A stretch of DNA of 64,000 nt from Polyangiaceae bacterium (GTDB lineage Bacteria; Myxococcota_A; Polyangia; Polyangiales; Polyangiaceae): the NCBI GenBank assembly GCA_965222375.1, contig CBDCTZ010000016.1, positions 1,696,001 through 1,760,000 of the forward strand, written 5' to 3'. A model generated the notes under the pieces. The model saw nothing but the letters and a program-made list of their open reading frames with translations, was not told the origin of the DNA and ran no database searches. The translations under genes were made by a program, and so were the position numbers. Of the stretch, positions 10,535-21,173 are shown piece after piece. Each line of letters starts with the position of its first letter. The first letter of the stretch is position 1.

Positions 10535-11749
10535 GTGGCGTTTGTTCACCGTGCCAGCTTGGGGGGCCTGCTCTACCTTCTATCGGGCTGTAGCCAGATC
10601 ATCGGCGCGGACGAAGATCGAGACCTGCGCAAACCTCCCGGGGAAAAGCCGACCTGGACCGCCGGGGAAGTTCTCGTGCCCGCCACAGCTGGCACGACCG
10701 CCGCGCTCTTTGGCATTGACCTGGCGGTATCCGGGGACACCGCTGTCATCAGCGCCCCGCGGCTTACGCCCAGTGAAGGAGGCTACTTCGTATTTGCCCG
10801 GGGAGCGGATGCCTGGGCGCAGGAAACTCAACTCGTTCTAACGCAGATCCAAGTTCACGGTGGTCAGAACGGGCGATCGTTGGCGGTCAGCAATGGCCAG
10901 GTATTGATCGGTCTTCCTTCCAACGTGCACGCGTTCGAGCGCACGCCGACCTGGACCAACACCACGAGCATCAAGATGAAGGGGGTTTCGTCCTTTGGCT
11001 CCGCCTGCGCTGTCAACGGCGATACCCTCGCGGTGGGTGCGCCGTTGCAGGACGCTGCAGGCCAACCCGGTGCCGGCATGGTGCACGTCTACGTTGGGTC
11101 CGGCGCCGTCTATACCGAGCAACTGCCCGCTATTGAGGCTCCCCAGGCGACGATCAACGGCTCCTTCGGCAACCGAGTGGTACTTGATGGCGACACCTTG
11201 GCAGTCGCTGCTGAGCGCAGCACATCCGGAGACCCGGCGGTGTTCGTATTCACCCGAGCCAACGACGTCTGGACGCTCCAGCAGGAACTGGCGCTGCCTA
11301 ACTCCGACGCCGACGCCTTTGGCGATGCGCTATCACTTCAGGGCGATACTCTGGCGGTCGGGGCACCTCTCGACAGCGAGGGTGGCGTCTCGGCTGGAGC
11401 CGTCTTCGTTTATGCGCGGCAAGGGACTAGTTGGATGCAGCAAAAGCTAATCCCGTCCGACGCGGAAAGCGGAGATAGGTTCGGCGAAAGTGTTTCGATT
11501 GACGGCGACGCGCTGCTGGTGGGAGCACCCTTCGCTGGTTCCCGAGGTCGCAACTCCGGCAAGGCCTACCTATTTCGCCGTACCGGCGACTCCTGGAGCG
11601 AGACGGACATTGTCATAACCGACGCCACGGTGGAGGACGCGCAGTTTGGCTTTGCAGTAGGACTCGTTGGTTTCGAGGGGCTCGTCGGTGCCCCCACCTC
11701 TGGCGGAGGTTTGGTGCAGGTCGTGCGCTTCGATCCCCTCGGGTCATGA
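10535..11749 (+). CDS. FG-GAP repeat beta-propeller lipoprotein
   Basis: LSGC lipobox; repeated FG.....GDTLAVGAP...GAVFV motifs. Confidence 0.85.
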   Translation: MAFVHRASLGGLLYLLSGCSQIIGADEDRDLRKPPGEKPTWTAGEVLVPATAGTTAALFGIDLAVSGDTAVISAPRLTPSEGGYFVFARGADAWAQETQLVLTQIQVHGGQNGRSLAVSNGQVLIGLPSNVHAFERTPTWTNTTSIKMKGVSSFGSACAVNGDTLAVGAPLQDAAGQPGAGMVHVYVGSGAVYTEQLPAIEAPQATINGSFGNRVVLDGDTLAVAAERSTSGDPAVFVFTRANDVWTLQQELALPNSDADAFGDALSLQGDTLAVGAPLDSEGGVSAGAVFVYARQGTSWMQQKLIPSDAESGDRFGESVSIDGDALLVGAPFAGSRGRNSGKAYLFRRTGDSWSETDIVITDATVEDAQFGFAVGLVGFEGLVGAPTSGGGLVQVVRFDPLGS

Positions 11750-11832
11750 TTACGTTGCTTGCCAAGTCGTTTTGACACTTCAGTTTCGGTCGCGTTGGGG
11801 CCATCTGGAAATTGTGCAAGGATAGCGTTCGC

Positions 11833-13131
11833 ATGGATGCTCTTGGCGATACGCAATCCATCGCTTCCGATTCCGCGAGCGAAGACGCAAGCGACGTCGG
11901 TGTTGCCGGTCGCCTCGCCGAGCTTGCCGACAAGTACCGCGTCGAGGGAGTCATCGGCATAGGTGGAATGGGCGTGGTAGTTCGCGCGCAGCACCGCCAC
12001 CTGGAGCGGCTGGTCGCAATCAAGTTGCTGCAGGGTGTTCGAGGGGAAGAAGCACGTTTGCGCTTCCTACGAGAAGCGAAGCTGGCAGCGAGCTTTGACT
12101 CGCCACACATCGCGCGGGTGCTCGACTACGGTGTCCTCAAGGACTCCACGGCGTATCTGGTCATGGATCTACTGCAGGGCTGTACCCTTCGCGATCGACT
12201 GCTGGACCGGTCTCTCTCCATCCAAGAGACGCTTCGCCTGGCGCAGCAGCTAGCCCGCGGGCTCGCGGCAATTCACGCACAAGGCGTGGTTCACCGCGAC
12301 CTCAAGCCCTCGAACGTCTTTCTGACGAAGGACTGGGACAGTTCCGGGTCGGCCAAGATTATCGATTTTGGGATCGCCAAACGAGTTGCCGGGCTCGATG
12401 GTGACGCCGCCCAAGACCTGACTCGCGAGGGGCAGATTGTCGGCACGGCTCGCTACATGTCGCCGGAGCAAATCCGTCATTCCAACGACTTGGACGGACG
12501 CGCCGATCTCTGGTCGCTTGGCGTCATCCTGTACGAGCTGCTCTCCGGTGAGCGCGCCTTTGCGAAAGCGAACCAGGCGGACGTCTTGGCTGCCATTCTC
12601 ACTTCCGGCGAGCCCCTCGACCCATGTCGAGTGCGTCCCGCCGTTCCCGAAGGCTTCGGTGCGATCGTGGCAAGGTGTCTGCAACGCGATCGCGAAGACC
12701 GCTTTGCGTCGGCAGCCGAGCTCCAGGAAGCGCTGTCCGTGATGGATCCGCCCAGTGTTTCGAGCATGGCGCTACCAACCGTTGCTCGTGAGCCCCAGCG
12801 GCGTCGAGGGTGGTTTGTCGCTGGCATCGCGATCGTGGTCATAGGTGCGATCGCGACCATCATTGGAATGCGCCCGACGCCGCCGCCGGAGCTGGCGCCA
12901 GGAATCGCTCGAGCAGGCAAGCCCTTGGCCTTGAAGCTGGTCGCCAGCATGCCCCGCATGCCTGGGCCCAGTGCAACGGCGTCTGCCGCCGCCCCGGCAA
13001 AACCAAAAGCACCTGCGAGCAAACGCGGCCCCAGGGCGACCCGAGGCGCCGCTAGCGGGGCACGCAAGACGCGAAAAACCGGAGCGACTCCCAAGACCGC
13101 CGAAGATCCTAAGTTCGGGGAGCGCTATTGA
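11833..13131 (+). CDS. Hanks-type Ser/Thr protein kinase with C-terminal TM and basic tail
   Basis: GIGGMGVV, VAIK, HRDLKPSN, DFGIAK, GTARYMSPEQ, DLWSLG; TM near residue 335. Confidence 0.93.
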   Translation: MDALGDTQSIASDSASEDASDVGVAGRLAELADKYRVEGVIGIGGMGVVVRAQHRHLERLVAIKLLQGVRGEEARLRFLREAKLAASFDSPHIARVLDYGVLKDSTAYLVMDLLQGCTLRDRLLDRSLSIQETLRLAQQLARGLAAIHAQGVVHRDLKPSNVFLTKDWDSSGSAKIIDFGIAKRVAGLDGDAAQDLTREGQIVGTARYMSPEQIRHSNDLDGRADLWSLGVILYELLSGERAFAKANQADVLAAILTSGEPLDPCRVRPAVPEGFGAIVARCLQRDREDRFASAAELQEALSVMDPPSVSSMALPTVAREPQRRRGWFVAGIAIVVIGAIATIIGMRPTPPPELAPGIARAGKPLALKLVASMPRMPGPSATASAAAPAKPKAPASKRGPRATRGAASGARKTRKTGATPKTAEDPKFGERY

Positions 13132-14054
13132 CCGGCTCGGGCCATGTCGCGTGGTCGCTGCTCTTGGGCGTCATCGCCTGGACGGCGGCAGCGAGCGCGG
13201 ACACCTCTGCCACGGACAAAGCCGTAGCAGAGACCCTGTTTCGGGAGGGCAGGGAGCTGCTGCAGGCGGGCAAGACCGCGCAGGCTTGCGCAAAGTTTGC
13301 TGAGAGCGACCGCTTCGATGCCTCTGCCGGAACGCTGCTGAACTTGGCGGACTGCCATGCGCGCATCGGCCGGACCGCAAGTGCATGGGCCGAGTTCAAC
13401 GAGACCGCGCAGCGAGCGCGCGGCCGTGGGCAGTTCGAGCGAGCGAAATATGCCACCCGACGGGCAGCCGAACTGGAGCCCAAGCTCAGCCGGGTCTTGC
13501 TGCAGGTCGCCGCGCCGAAGCGAGTACGCGAGTTGAAGCTGGACGGAAAAGTCCTGGGGCCGTCGGGTTGGACCACAGCCTTGCCTCTGGATCCTGGCCA
13601 GCACCAGGTCACGGTCCTTTGGTCCGATGGCCGGACATCGCGACACCAGATCTCGGTGCCGAAAAAGCCTGGGGAGTTCGTGACGCCCATACGACCGCCC
13701 GCGTCCCGGGCAGCGCCTGAGCCGAAAACGGACTCGCCGCGCGCCGGGGAGGCCGATGCGACCCGAATCATCGCGTGGTCGGCGCTGGGGGCGGGCGCAG
13801 TGGGGGTCGCTGTCGGTAGCTATTTTGGGCTGAAGGCCATTGGGTTGAAGGACGATAGCGACAAGGATTGCGACGCATCCGGTTGTGGCAAAGAAGCGCT
13901 GGACAGCTACGAGCGAGCTGGGGACGCGGCCACGGTCTCTACCGTCGCCTTTGCCGTGGGTGCCGCCTTTGCTGGGCTTGGGGTAGGTTTGCTCACCTTC
14001 GAGCCCACGGCTGACCGGGCGGGTGCTCGAGTCTTGATTGGAAGCTCGTTCTGA
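13128..14054 (+). CDS. Secreted TPR + PEGA-like membrane protein
   Basis: Signal peptide, AETLFREGRELL...ACAKFAES...GTLLNLADC TPR-like helices, beta domain (LDG...PLDPGQHQV), C-terminal hydrophobic helices. Confidence 0.8.
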   Translation: MTGSGHVAWSLLLGVIAWTAAASADTSATDKAVAETLFREGRELLQAGKTAQACAKFAESDRFDASAGTLLNLADCHARIGRTASAWAEFNETAQRARGRGQFERAKYATRRAAELEPKLSRVLLQVAAPKRVRELKLDGKVLGPSGWTTALPLDPGQHQVTVLWSDGRTSRHQISVPKKPGEFVTPIRPPASRAAPEPKTDSPRAGEADATRIIAWSALGAGAVGVAVGSYFGLKAIGLKDDSDKDCDASGCGKEALDSYERAGDAATVSTVAFAVGAAFAGLGVGLLTFEPTADRAGARVLIGSSF

Positions 14055-15445
14055 TGGTCCGAGAGCACGGAGACGAAACAACCCTGTTCACCAAAGTCAG
14101 CCCCGCTGGTGGACCGTGGACCTTGGTCATCGCCGGTGCCGGCCAGTTGCGCTCTGTGACTCTGCCCACTGAGGGCTCCGTCTCCATCGGCAGAGGGCAG
14201 GACTGCGAGATCCTCCTACCCCACGGCTCTGTTTCCAAGCGTCACGCGATCCTTCACCTGACTGATCCACCGCGCATCGAGGATGCTGGCAGCAAGAATG
14301 GGCTCACCATTCGTGGAGAGTCCGGCAGCCTCGGCGCTGAACTCGCCCCAGGCGACGTCGTGGAGGTGGGCCCCTTCACGATGATCCTCAGCCCCGGTGA
14401 GGACCCTGCCGCGGTCGAGCCCGCGACCCACACGGGCACAGACGACCTGGTCGTGGTCGAACCCGCGATGCGAGAGATCTACGAACTAGTCGCCGATGTC
14501 GCGCCATCGGATCTGAGTGTCGTCATCACCGGGGAGACCGGCGTTGGAAAAGACATTGTTGCACAGCGCATCCACGCGCTGTCACCGAGGGCCGGCGCGC
14601 CGCTGGTGCGAGTCAACTGTGCCGCGCTGCCCGTGAACCTGTTCGAGGCGGAACTGTTCGGCCATGAGAAGGGCGCCTTCACGGGAGCCACCGACTCCAA
14701 GTCGGGATTCATCGAAGAAGCCAACGCAGGCACACTCTTCCTGGATGAGGTGGGTGAAGTGCCGATCGAAGCCCAAGCCAAGCTGCTCCAAGCCATAGAA
14801 GATCGCACCTTCTTTCGGATCGGGGGGCGGCGAGCCTGCAAGGTCGACGTGCGGTTCATCGCTGCGACCAATCGCGACCTGTTACGGGACATCGAGCAGG
14901 GGTCTTTTCGCGCTGATCTCTACCACCGGCTCAACGGCATCACGTTGCACTTGCCCCCGCTGCGGGATCGGCCGGGTGAGGTGCTTGCCTTTGCTGGCCA
15001 CTTCGCTGCGCAAGCTTGGCAGTCTGCCGGCTATGCTGCCTCCCTGGAGATCAGTCCACCGGCGCGGAAGGCACTGAAAGCGCACCCTTGGCCCGGGAAC
15101 ATCCGAGAGCTTCGGAATGCGATGCAGCGAGCCGTGCTGCTCTCCCGCGGCAACCCCATCGAGGTTCGCCACCTGGCTCTGAGCGCTTCCCAGGGTGCAT
15201 CGCCGAGCCCTTCTCAGAAGTCCGTCGACGCGCCGGTGGCTCCGGATCAAGCGGAAGCCGCTAGTTCAGGGGACCTGCGCTCTTCCATGCGCGACTACGA
15301 ACGCAAGCGGATCGAGGATGCTCTGGCGCAGTGTGGCGGCAACCAGACGCGTGCCGCGAAGCTTCTGGGAATAGCGCGGCGCACCCTGGTGTCGCGTCTG
15401 GACGCTCTCGGGCTGGCCCGGCCGCTCAAGGGTGACCCGGACTGA
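14054..15445 (+). CDS. FHA-domain sigma54-dependent transcriptional activator
   Basis: FHA (IGRG..., VSKRHA, GSKNG), GETGVGKD, GAFTGA, FLDEVGE, WPGNIREL, Fis HTH NQTRAAKLLGI. Confidence 0.93.
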   Translation: MVREHGDETTLFTKVSPAGGPWTLVIAGAGQLRSVTLPTEGSVSIGRGQDCEILLPHGSVSKRHAILHLTDPPRIEDAGSKNGLTIRGESGSLGAELAPGDVVEVGPFTMILSPGEDPAAVEPATHTGTDDLVVVEPAMREIYELVADVAPSDLSVVITGETGVGKDIVAQRIHALSPRAGAPLVRVNCAALPVNLFEAELFGHEKGAFTGATDSKSGFIEEANAGTLFLDEVGEVPIEAQAKLLQAIEDRTFFRIGGRRACKVDVRFIAATNRDLLRDIEQGSFRADLYHRLNGITLHLPPLRDRPGEVLAFAGHFAAQAWQSAGYAASLEISPPARKALKAHPWPGNIRELRNAMQRAVLLSRGNPIEVRHLALSASQGASPSPSQKSVDAPVAPDQAEAASSGDLRSSMRDYERKRIEDALAQCGGNQTRAAKLLGIARRTLVSRLDALGLARPLKGDPD

Positions 15446-15477
15446 GGCGCGCAGCCCTCACTCACCCACGTAGGCGC

Positions 15478-17856
15478 TCAGCTCTTGACGCAATTTCCGG
15501 CGTTGTCTTTCGCGAAGCCGTCTCGGCACTCGCAATAGGCATCCTCGATGTCCAAGTTGCTCGTGGTGTCGTTGCCGCCCATGCCCACGATGACGTCCTT
15601 GCCGGAGGTGCCGCTCAAGGCGTCGTCGCCCTGAGTTCCCAGGTGAGTGGCTTGGCGCCCGTTGCAACTGATCAGGCCCGCATGGTCCATGATGGCCTGA
15701 GCGGCACTTTGGGGAGGTGATGTCAGAGCGGTTGCGTCGTCCCAGCCTAGAGCGCCGAAGGTCCAAGGCGTTGCTTCACTCCGCTTGACTGGGGCGTTGG
15801 TGAAGTTCCCCTTTGTACTCTGGTTCTCCGGGTAGTGCAGGTCCCCATTCAGGTAGAACCAATAGAAGGACGTACCATCGACGACATTGTCTAGGTAGTC
15901 GACGTTGCGGCCACCCTTGTCCTGCTGAATCCCTCGCGTGAGCTTCGAGGTGCCCGGAGTGTCCTGCTTGAGGTAGTTGTTTGAAACCAACGACCTGCTT
16001 CCGGCCTTCGCCGCGCACGATGTGTCTGTCACGGGCTTCGTGCTGGATGTCGCTCCGTTTGGACCGACGTGATAGATGGCGCCCCCGTCGTATAGGTGTT
16101 CGAAGTAGTCTTCGATGAAGTTGAACTGGGCCTTGACCTGGCGATGCTCTGCCGACTTCCAGTCCCAATCCCAGCCGTAGCCGAGGGCAATGCCGTTGTG
16201 GGGGACCTTTCGGATGCGGTTGTGGTTGACCCGAAGGCAGCCCGCCTTGACCGCGTTGATGGCTGCGGACGCCCAATACTCCGTTCCGGAACGCAGGACG
16301 TCGTTATTGATGACGTCGATGAACAGGTTCGGAACCGCCCCGGCGGGAGGCGCGCCGGTTGGATCTAGTCCGGTTCCGAGCATGTGATGGTAGCGGTGCC
16401 CTACCAGGACGGCTCCGTCCGCGATGTCAGTGAAACTATTGCCGTTGATAACCATGTCCTTGACGTCGTTTTCGATGCTGACCCCGATGCCGCCGAGGTT
16501 CCTGAAAGAGTTGCCGAGAATCTGAATCTCGCCTGCGCCCTCGACGACAATGGCTGCCGCGGGCGTAGCTTGCGCATATTGGTACCAGGTGGGCGGCTTG
16601 CCACCTCGTTGCCAGAGGGACCCTTGGCTCACCACCACGCCGTCGCTATTCGGCTTCTCGTAGGTCGTGTGGCGGAACTCGATGCCCTCGAAACGGATCT
16701 TCTCGACCCGATTGGCGCCGTCGCCCACCATCGTTACCAGGTGTTCGGCCAACGGCACGATAGTCTCTTCACCGTTCGGGTCTTTCGCCCACTGCAGGTA
16801 GAGCGTGTCGGTTGATGCATCCAAAGCCCAATCGCCATCCGCCTTAATCAGGCTCACGTGGTTTTCGAGGACGACCGTGTCGAAGGGTTTGGCGAAGAGG
16901 TTCGGGTTGTGAGCCGCGGCAAGTGCGGCGGCGTTCAGCTCCAAATCCCGGCTAGAGCCGTTTGCGCTGATCTTGTCCACGGGGATGCGATGGGCTTGCC
17001 AGCTCCGGTCCTCCCACCATGCGCTGCCATTCCACTTCCAAGGGCGAACGAAGTGAACTTCGACATCACAGGAAGTGCATGTGGCGTCGAGCACTGAAGT
17101 CGGAAAGCGCATCTTGGTCCAGGTGCCGGCGTTGCACTTCTTGGCTCCGTAGTTGTACGCGCCCTTGTCGCAGCCCGTTGCATCGCCGGCCCCCGACGGC
17201 AAGCTAGCAACCTGTTCGCCGCTGTTGGCACGCATCGCTGGCGCTCCATTGATGTACAGCTGGCGGGGCGCCCCCGCTGCGCTCGGTAGCGTGGCCTTCC
17301 AGATGCTGCCACTGTGTTTGGTCCAGCCCGACACCTCCGTGCCGCCGTCCATGCTAGCGGTCTTCGTGGGTTGTGGGCGCCAGACCAGGTCGTGGGACTG
17401 TCCGGAGTCCTGGCTGTCGAGGGTCAACGTGGTGGCGTCCGTCAGCCTGAAGCTGCCGGCCAGCATGATGACCTTGTCGCCGCTGGAAGCCGTGAGGGTG
17501 CGCGCCTTGTCCCGCGCCGCCTTCAGCGTGTTGAATGGATTGGCACAGGTTCCGTCGCCGCCGTCAGCTGCATCCGCATCGGCGTAGATGACGTGCTCGG
17601 CGCCACTCGGCACCGCGCAGGGATCGAGATCGCTACCGCCCGCACCTCCCGTGCCCGTGCCGCCGGTCCCCGTTCCGCTCGTGCCACCGGTGCTCGTACC
17701 GCCCGCGCCCGCGCCCGCGGCTGCCCCACCGCCACTGCTGCCGCCACTGCCGCCAGCCGCCTGAGCTGGCCCGTCGGAGTCGGAAGAACTGCCGCAGCCG
17801 CCTAGGAGCATCGTCGCAGCAGCGCAGCAGCCAAGCACTCGAAATCGAGACAACAT
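15478..17856 (-). CDS. Right-handed parallel beta-helix lipoprotein (GH141-like N-terminal region), short RTX-like C-terminal motif
   Basis: LLGGC lipobox, Gly linker, GDGTCANPFNTLKAARD, RQLYING, DGGAIY, repeated I..N.F turns, GTQGDDALSGTSGKDVIVGMGGND. Confidence 0.75.
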   Translation of the reverse strand: MLSRFRVLGCCAAATMLLGGCGSSSDSDGPAQAAGGSGGSSGGGAAAGAGAGGTSTGGTSGTGTGGTGTGGAGGSDLDPCAVPSGAEHVIYADADAADGGDGTCANPFNTLKAARDKARTLTASSGDKVIMLAGSFRLTDATTLTLDSQDSGQSHDLVWRPQPTKTASMDGGTEVSGWTKHSGSIWKATLPSAAGAPRQLYINGAPAMRANSGEQVASLPSGAGDATGCDKGAYNYGAKKCNAGTWTKMRFPTSVLDATCTSCDVEVHFVRPWKWNGSAWWEDRSWQAHRIPVDKISANGSSRDLELNAAALAAAHNPNLFAKPFDTVVLENHVSLIKADGDWALDASTDTLYLQWAKDPNGEETIVPLAEHLVTMVGDGANRVEKIRFEGIEFRHTTYEKPNSDGVVVSQGSLWQRGGKPPTWYQYAQATPAAAIVVEGAGEIQILGNSFRNLGGIGVSIENDVKDMVINGNSFTDIADGAVLVGHRYHHMLGTGLDPTGAPPAGAVPNLFIDVINNDVLRSGTEYWASAAINAVKAGCLRVNHNRIRKVPHNGIALGYGWDWDWKSAEHRQVKAQFNFIEDYFEHLYDGGAIYHVGPNGATSSTKPVTDTSCAAKAGSRSLVSNNYLKQDTPGTSKLTRGIQQDKGGRNVDYLDNVVDGTSFYWFYLNGDLHYPENQSTKGNFTNAPVKRSEATPWTFGALGWDDATALTSPPQSAAQAIMDHAGLISCNGRQATHLGTQGDDALSGTSGKDVIVGMGGNDTTSNLDIEDAYCECRDGFAKDNAGNCVKS

Positions 17857-17992
17857 TCGCAAACCTCCACCCGCTGCAATCGCAAGTCTCATGCCGCACG
17901 AGTTACGCGCGAAACGCGACCAGTTCGCCGGCCTGGGTGCTGGGAAGCTGCGCAGCCTGAGCAGGGTGTCGCCAGGCCGGAGCCGCTGACTT

Positions 17993-20578
17993 TCAGAAGT
18001 TCACGAAGGGCAACGACTCGCCCATTTGCCCCGGCGCCGCGCCGCGGCTCTGGTTGTCCGCTATGCCCAGCTGTCCGATCGCGTTGTCGCCCCAGCACTT
18101 GACCGTGCGTCGGCGTTCCTGGATGACAGCGCAGCTGTGGTACATGCCGACGCTGACCCACTTGGCGTCGCGTCCCGCGCCCAGGTCCACGTAAGGTAGC
18201 GCGTTGCCCATTTCTCCCGGCTGGTCTCCGAGGTCGTCGGTGCTGCCCAAACCCGTTTGGCCAAATGCGCCGTCTCCCCAGCACTTCACTCGATCGTTGT
18301 CGAGGGTGACGCAGACGTGGTGCGAACCGACGCTTACACTGGTTGGGCTGAGTCCGCTTCCCAGGTCGACGCTGGGCAAAGCATTGCCCAGCTCTCCCGG
18401 CTGATCCCCCAGGGCTTGAATCACCCCGTTGCCGAGCAGACCTTGGCCGGCTCCGCCCCAGCACTTGAGGGGGCCACTGTCGAGAATCGCGCACATGCTG
18501 TTTGGGCCGACCGCGAGGTACGCTGGCTTTTCGCCTGCGCCGAGATCGATCGCTGGCAGGCTATCGCCCATTTCTCCTGGATCGTCTCCGCGATTGTTGG
18601 TGTCGCCGAGGCCCAGGCGGCCCCAGTTGTTCTGGCCCCAACACTTGAGTTCGTCGTTGTCCAACAAGACGCAGGAGCCGTTTCCACCCAATGACAGCGC
18701 GATGGGCGTGCGACCGGTTCCGAGTTGGACCGTGGGCAGAGCGCTCCCCATTTCCCCGGGATCATCCCCGCGGTCTTCGACGTCTCCCAGCCCGAGCTGC
18801 CCGTACTTATTGCTGCCCCAGCACTTCACCGTTTCGTCATCGAGAATGGCGCAGGCGTGAGCCGACCCCACTGCGATTTGCTCCGCGGTCCGACCCGGTC
18901 CGAAGTCGATCGCCGGAAGACTGCTGCCCTGGTCGGCTGGACGCGCGCCGCGGGCACGGGTGTCTCCTTGCCCGAGCAGTGCTGAGCCTGCGCCCATGCA
19001 CTTGACCTTGCCGTTGTCCAGCAGCACGCAGAGGCCATAGTTGGCGGCCCCGATCCCCTTGGCTGTTCTCCAGAAGCCGAGCCTGACGTAGGACGCTTCG
19101 TCACCGCTTTCGTCCCCGACCGCGGTGGAGCGCCCGACGCCGAGTTCGCCCAGGTAGTTGCTGCCCCAACACTTGACGCTCGCGTTGTCGAGCAAGGCGC
19201 AATTGAAGAGGTTCGGTGTTCCCGCCGGTAGGCTGGTGATGCTCCGACCCGTTCCCAGGGATACCGGTGGAAGGCTGTTGCCCATCTCTCCTGGGTCGTC
19301 CCCGCGATTGGCATTGTCCCCCAAGCCGAGCGCTCCGGTGCCGTTGCCGCCCCAGCACTTGAGGCTGGCGTCATCCAGTCGGGCGCAGGTGGATGCGAGC
19401 CCGCCGACCAGTTTCGTCGCCGTCCTGCCTGTGCCTAGAGCTAGCTGTGGCAGCGCGTCGCCCATGCTTCCTGGGCTGGAGCCTCGCTCGGCAGTATCGC
19501 CCAATCCGAGTTGGCCCGAGCGGTTGTCGCCCCAGCACTTGACGCCGTTGTTGTCGAGCACGACGCAGGTGTGGCTCGCCCCGGATTCGACCGAGAGTGC
19601 GGTGCGGCCCGTGCCCAACGCAACCGCTGGCAGGCTGTCCCCCATCTCGCCGCTGGAGCCGCCACGCTGTGCGGTATCCCCCAAACCGAGTTGCCCCCTC
19701 GAGTTCAACCCCCAGCACTTGACGGAGTTGTTGTCGAGAACCGCGCAGGTATGGAGGGCACCCGCCGAGACCGCTAGCGCCGTGCGCCCGGTTCCGAGAT
19801 CGATGGCGCTGAGCGCGTCACCCATCTCACCCGGACCATCCCCACGGATCAGGTTGTCCCCCTGACCCAGGACGCCAAAGTAGTTGTTGTAGCCCCAGCA
19901 CTTCACGCTGTTGTCATCGAGCAGGGCGCAGGCGTGATTGTGCCCCGTCGTGATTGCTTTGGCCGTGCGCCCTGTACCCAGCTCGATGGCCGGAAGCGCA
20001 TCGCCCATTTCACCGGGTTGGTCGCCCAGATCGCTAGGGCTGCCTTGGCCGAGCTGCCCATGCCTGCCGCTGCCCCAACACTTCACGCTGTCGTTGTCGA
20101 GCAGGGCGCAGTTGAAAGAAAACCCAGCGGAGATTGCTTTGGCTGTGCGCCCAGAACCGAGATCCACCGTGGGCAGGGCATCACCGAGCTCACCTTCACC
20201 GGCCGAGCGGTGGTTGGTGTCGCCCAAGCCGAGAGCTCCGGAGCGGTTTTCGCCCCAGCACTTCACACTGTCGTTGTCGAGGATTGCACACGCATGATGC
20301 GGCCCTGTTGCAAGGGCCTTGGCCGTTCGGCCCGTGCCCAGATCCACGCTAGGGAGACTGTCGCCCATTTCGCCGGCTGCGAGCCCAACGTCATTGGTGG
20401 TCGTACCCTGCTGGCCGAAGGCGTTGTTGCCCCAGCAGCGAACCGCGCCACTGCGCTCCAACACGCAGCTGAACGTCGCGCCGCTTACCAGCTCGGGGGA
20501 AGTCCTGCGGCAGCCCATGAGCGTCGAGCCGAGCAGGAGTATCGGCAACAACGCGACTAGAGTTCGATGAATAGCCAT
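17993..20578 (-). CDS. RCC1/BLIP-II repeat lipoprotein, 14 repeats
   Basis: 14 [VL][KR]C[WM]G motifs at about 60-aa spacing, GQLGLGD and GEMGDxLPxVDLG segments; LMGC lipobox. Confidence 0.9.
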   Translation of the reverse strand: MAIHRTLVALLPILLLGSTLMGCRRTSPELVSGATFSCVLERSGAVRCWGNNAFGQQGTTTNDVGLAAGEMGDSLPSVDLGTGRTAKALATGPHHACAILDNDSVKCWGENRSGALGLGDTNHRSAGEGELGDALPTVDLGSGRTAKAISAGFSFNCALLDNDSVKCWGSGRHGQLGQGSPSDLGDQPGEMGDALPAIELGTGRTAKAITTGHNHACALLDDNSVKCWGYNNYFGVLGQGDNLIRGDGPGEMGDALSAIDLGTGRTALAVSAGALHTCAVLDNNSVKCWGLNSRGQLGLGDTAQRGGSSGEMGDSLPAVALGTGRTALSVESGASHTCVVLDNNGVKCWGDNRSGQLGLGDTAERGSSPGSMGDALPQLALGTGRTATKLVGGLASTCARLDDASLKCWGGNGTGALGLGDNANRGDDPGEMGNSLPPVSLGTGRSITSLPAGTPNLFNCALLDNASVKCWGSNYLGELGVGRSTAVGDESGDEASYVRLGFWRTAKGIGAANYGLCVLLDNGKVKCMGAGSALLGQGDTRARGARPADQGSSLPAIDFGPGRTAEQIAVGSAHACAILDDETVKCWGSNKYGQLGLGDVEDRGDDPGEMGSALPTVQLGTGRTPIALSLGGNGSCVLLDNDELKCWGQNNWGRLGLGDTNNRGDDPGEMGDSLPAIDLGAGEKPAYLAVGPNSMCAILDSGPLKCWGGAGQGLLGNGVIQALGDQPGELGNALPSVDLGSGLSPTSVSVGSHHVCVTLDNDRVKCWGDGAFGQTGLGSTDDLGDQPGEMGNALPYVDLGAGRDAKWVSVGMYHSCAVIQERRRTVKCWGDNAIGQLGIADNQSRGAAPGQMGESLPFVNF

Positions 20579-21173
20579 GTTGGGGACCCCTCAGAAACGC
20601 TCAGCCTACCGCGAGTCGAAGCAGAAACCAGCATGAAACTGCAGTGTCCGAACCCCCGGCCCCCACAGGGGCGGGGCAGCGTTGACCCAAGTGCCCGAAG
20701 TCCCTGGTTTTCGGGTTGTGGCGCGCAATCTCTTGCTCAATCACGCGCAGCCTTGCGCGCTCGCTCGCGCCAAGTGGGGGCGTTGTAGGGCCCTGTTGCC
20801 GACGACCTGCCCTGGTCCAGCCCTTGCTGCTGCTTGGGCATTCGCGTCGCGGGCTTTGTCGAGTCCAAGGTGGGCAACCGGAAGGTTCTCTACGTGGACT
20901 GCACGCGGCTCTCCAGGAGCGGAAGCAAGCGCAAGTGTGGCTCTCTTCCGGGCTACTTGTTCATGAACAAGTTGACGGGTTCCTGAGCGCGGGTCGCATC
21001 CGCCAGTCCCAGCGCCGGACCAGTTCGAGCGCGCCACCACGGCGGCGGCCCAAAGCAAAGGCCGCCCCAACTGCATCCGTTGCGGAGCTCCTCGGGCGTG
21101 GTGCAGGGGTTGCGCGACGCTTCCCCGCTCTGCCGAGCAACAGAGTGGCATTCCCCATGCACGTGCTTGCACC

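Noticed and set aside
20790..20986. Possible gene fragment (GFVESKVGNRKVLYVDC...)
   Set aside because: No start codon and no recognisable family.
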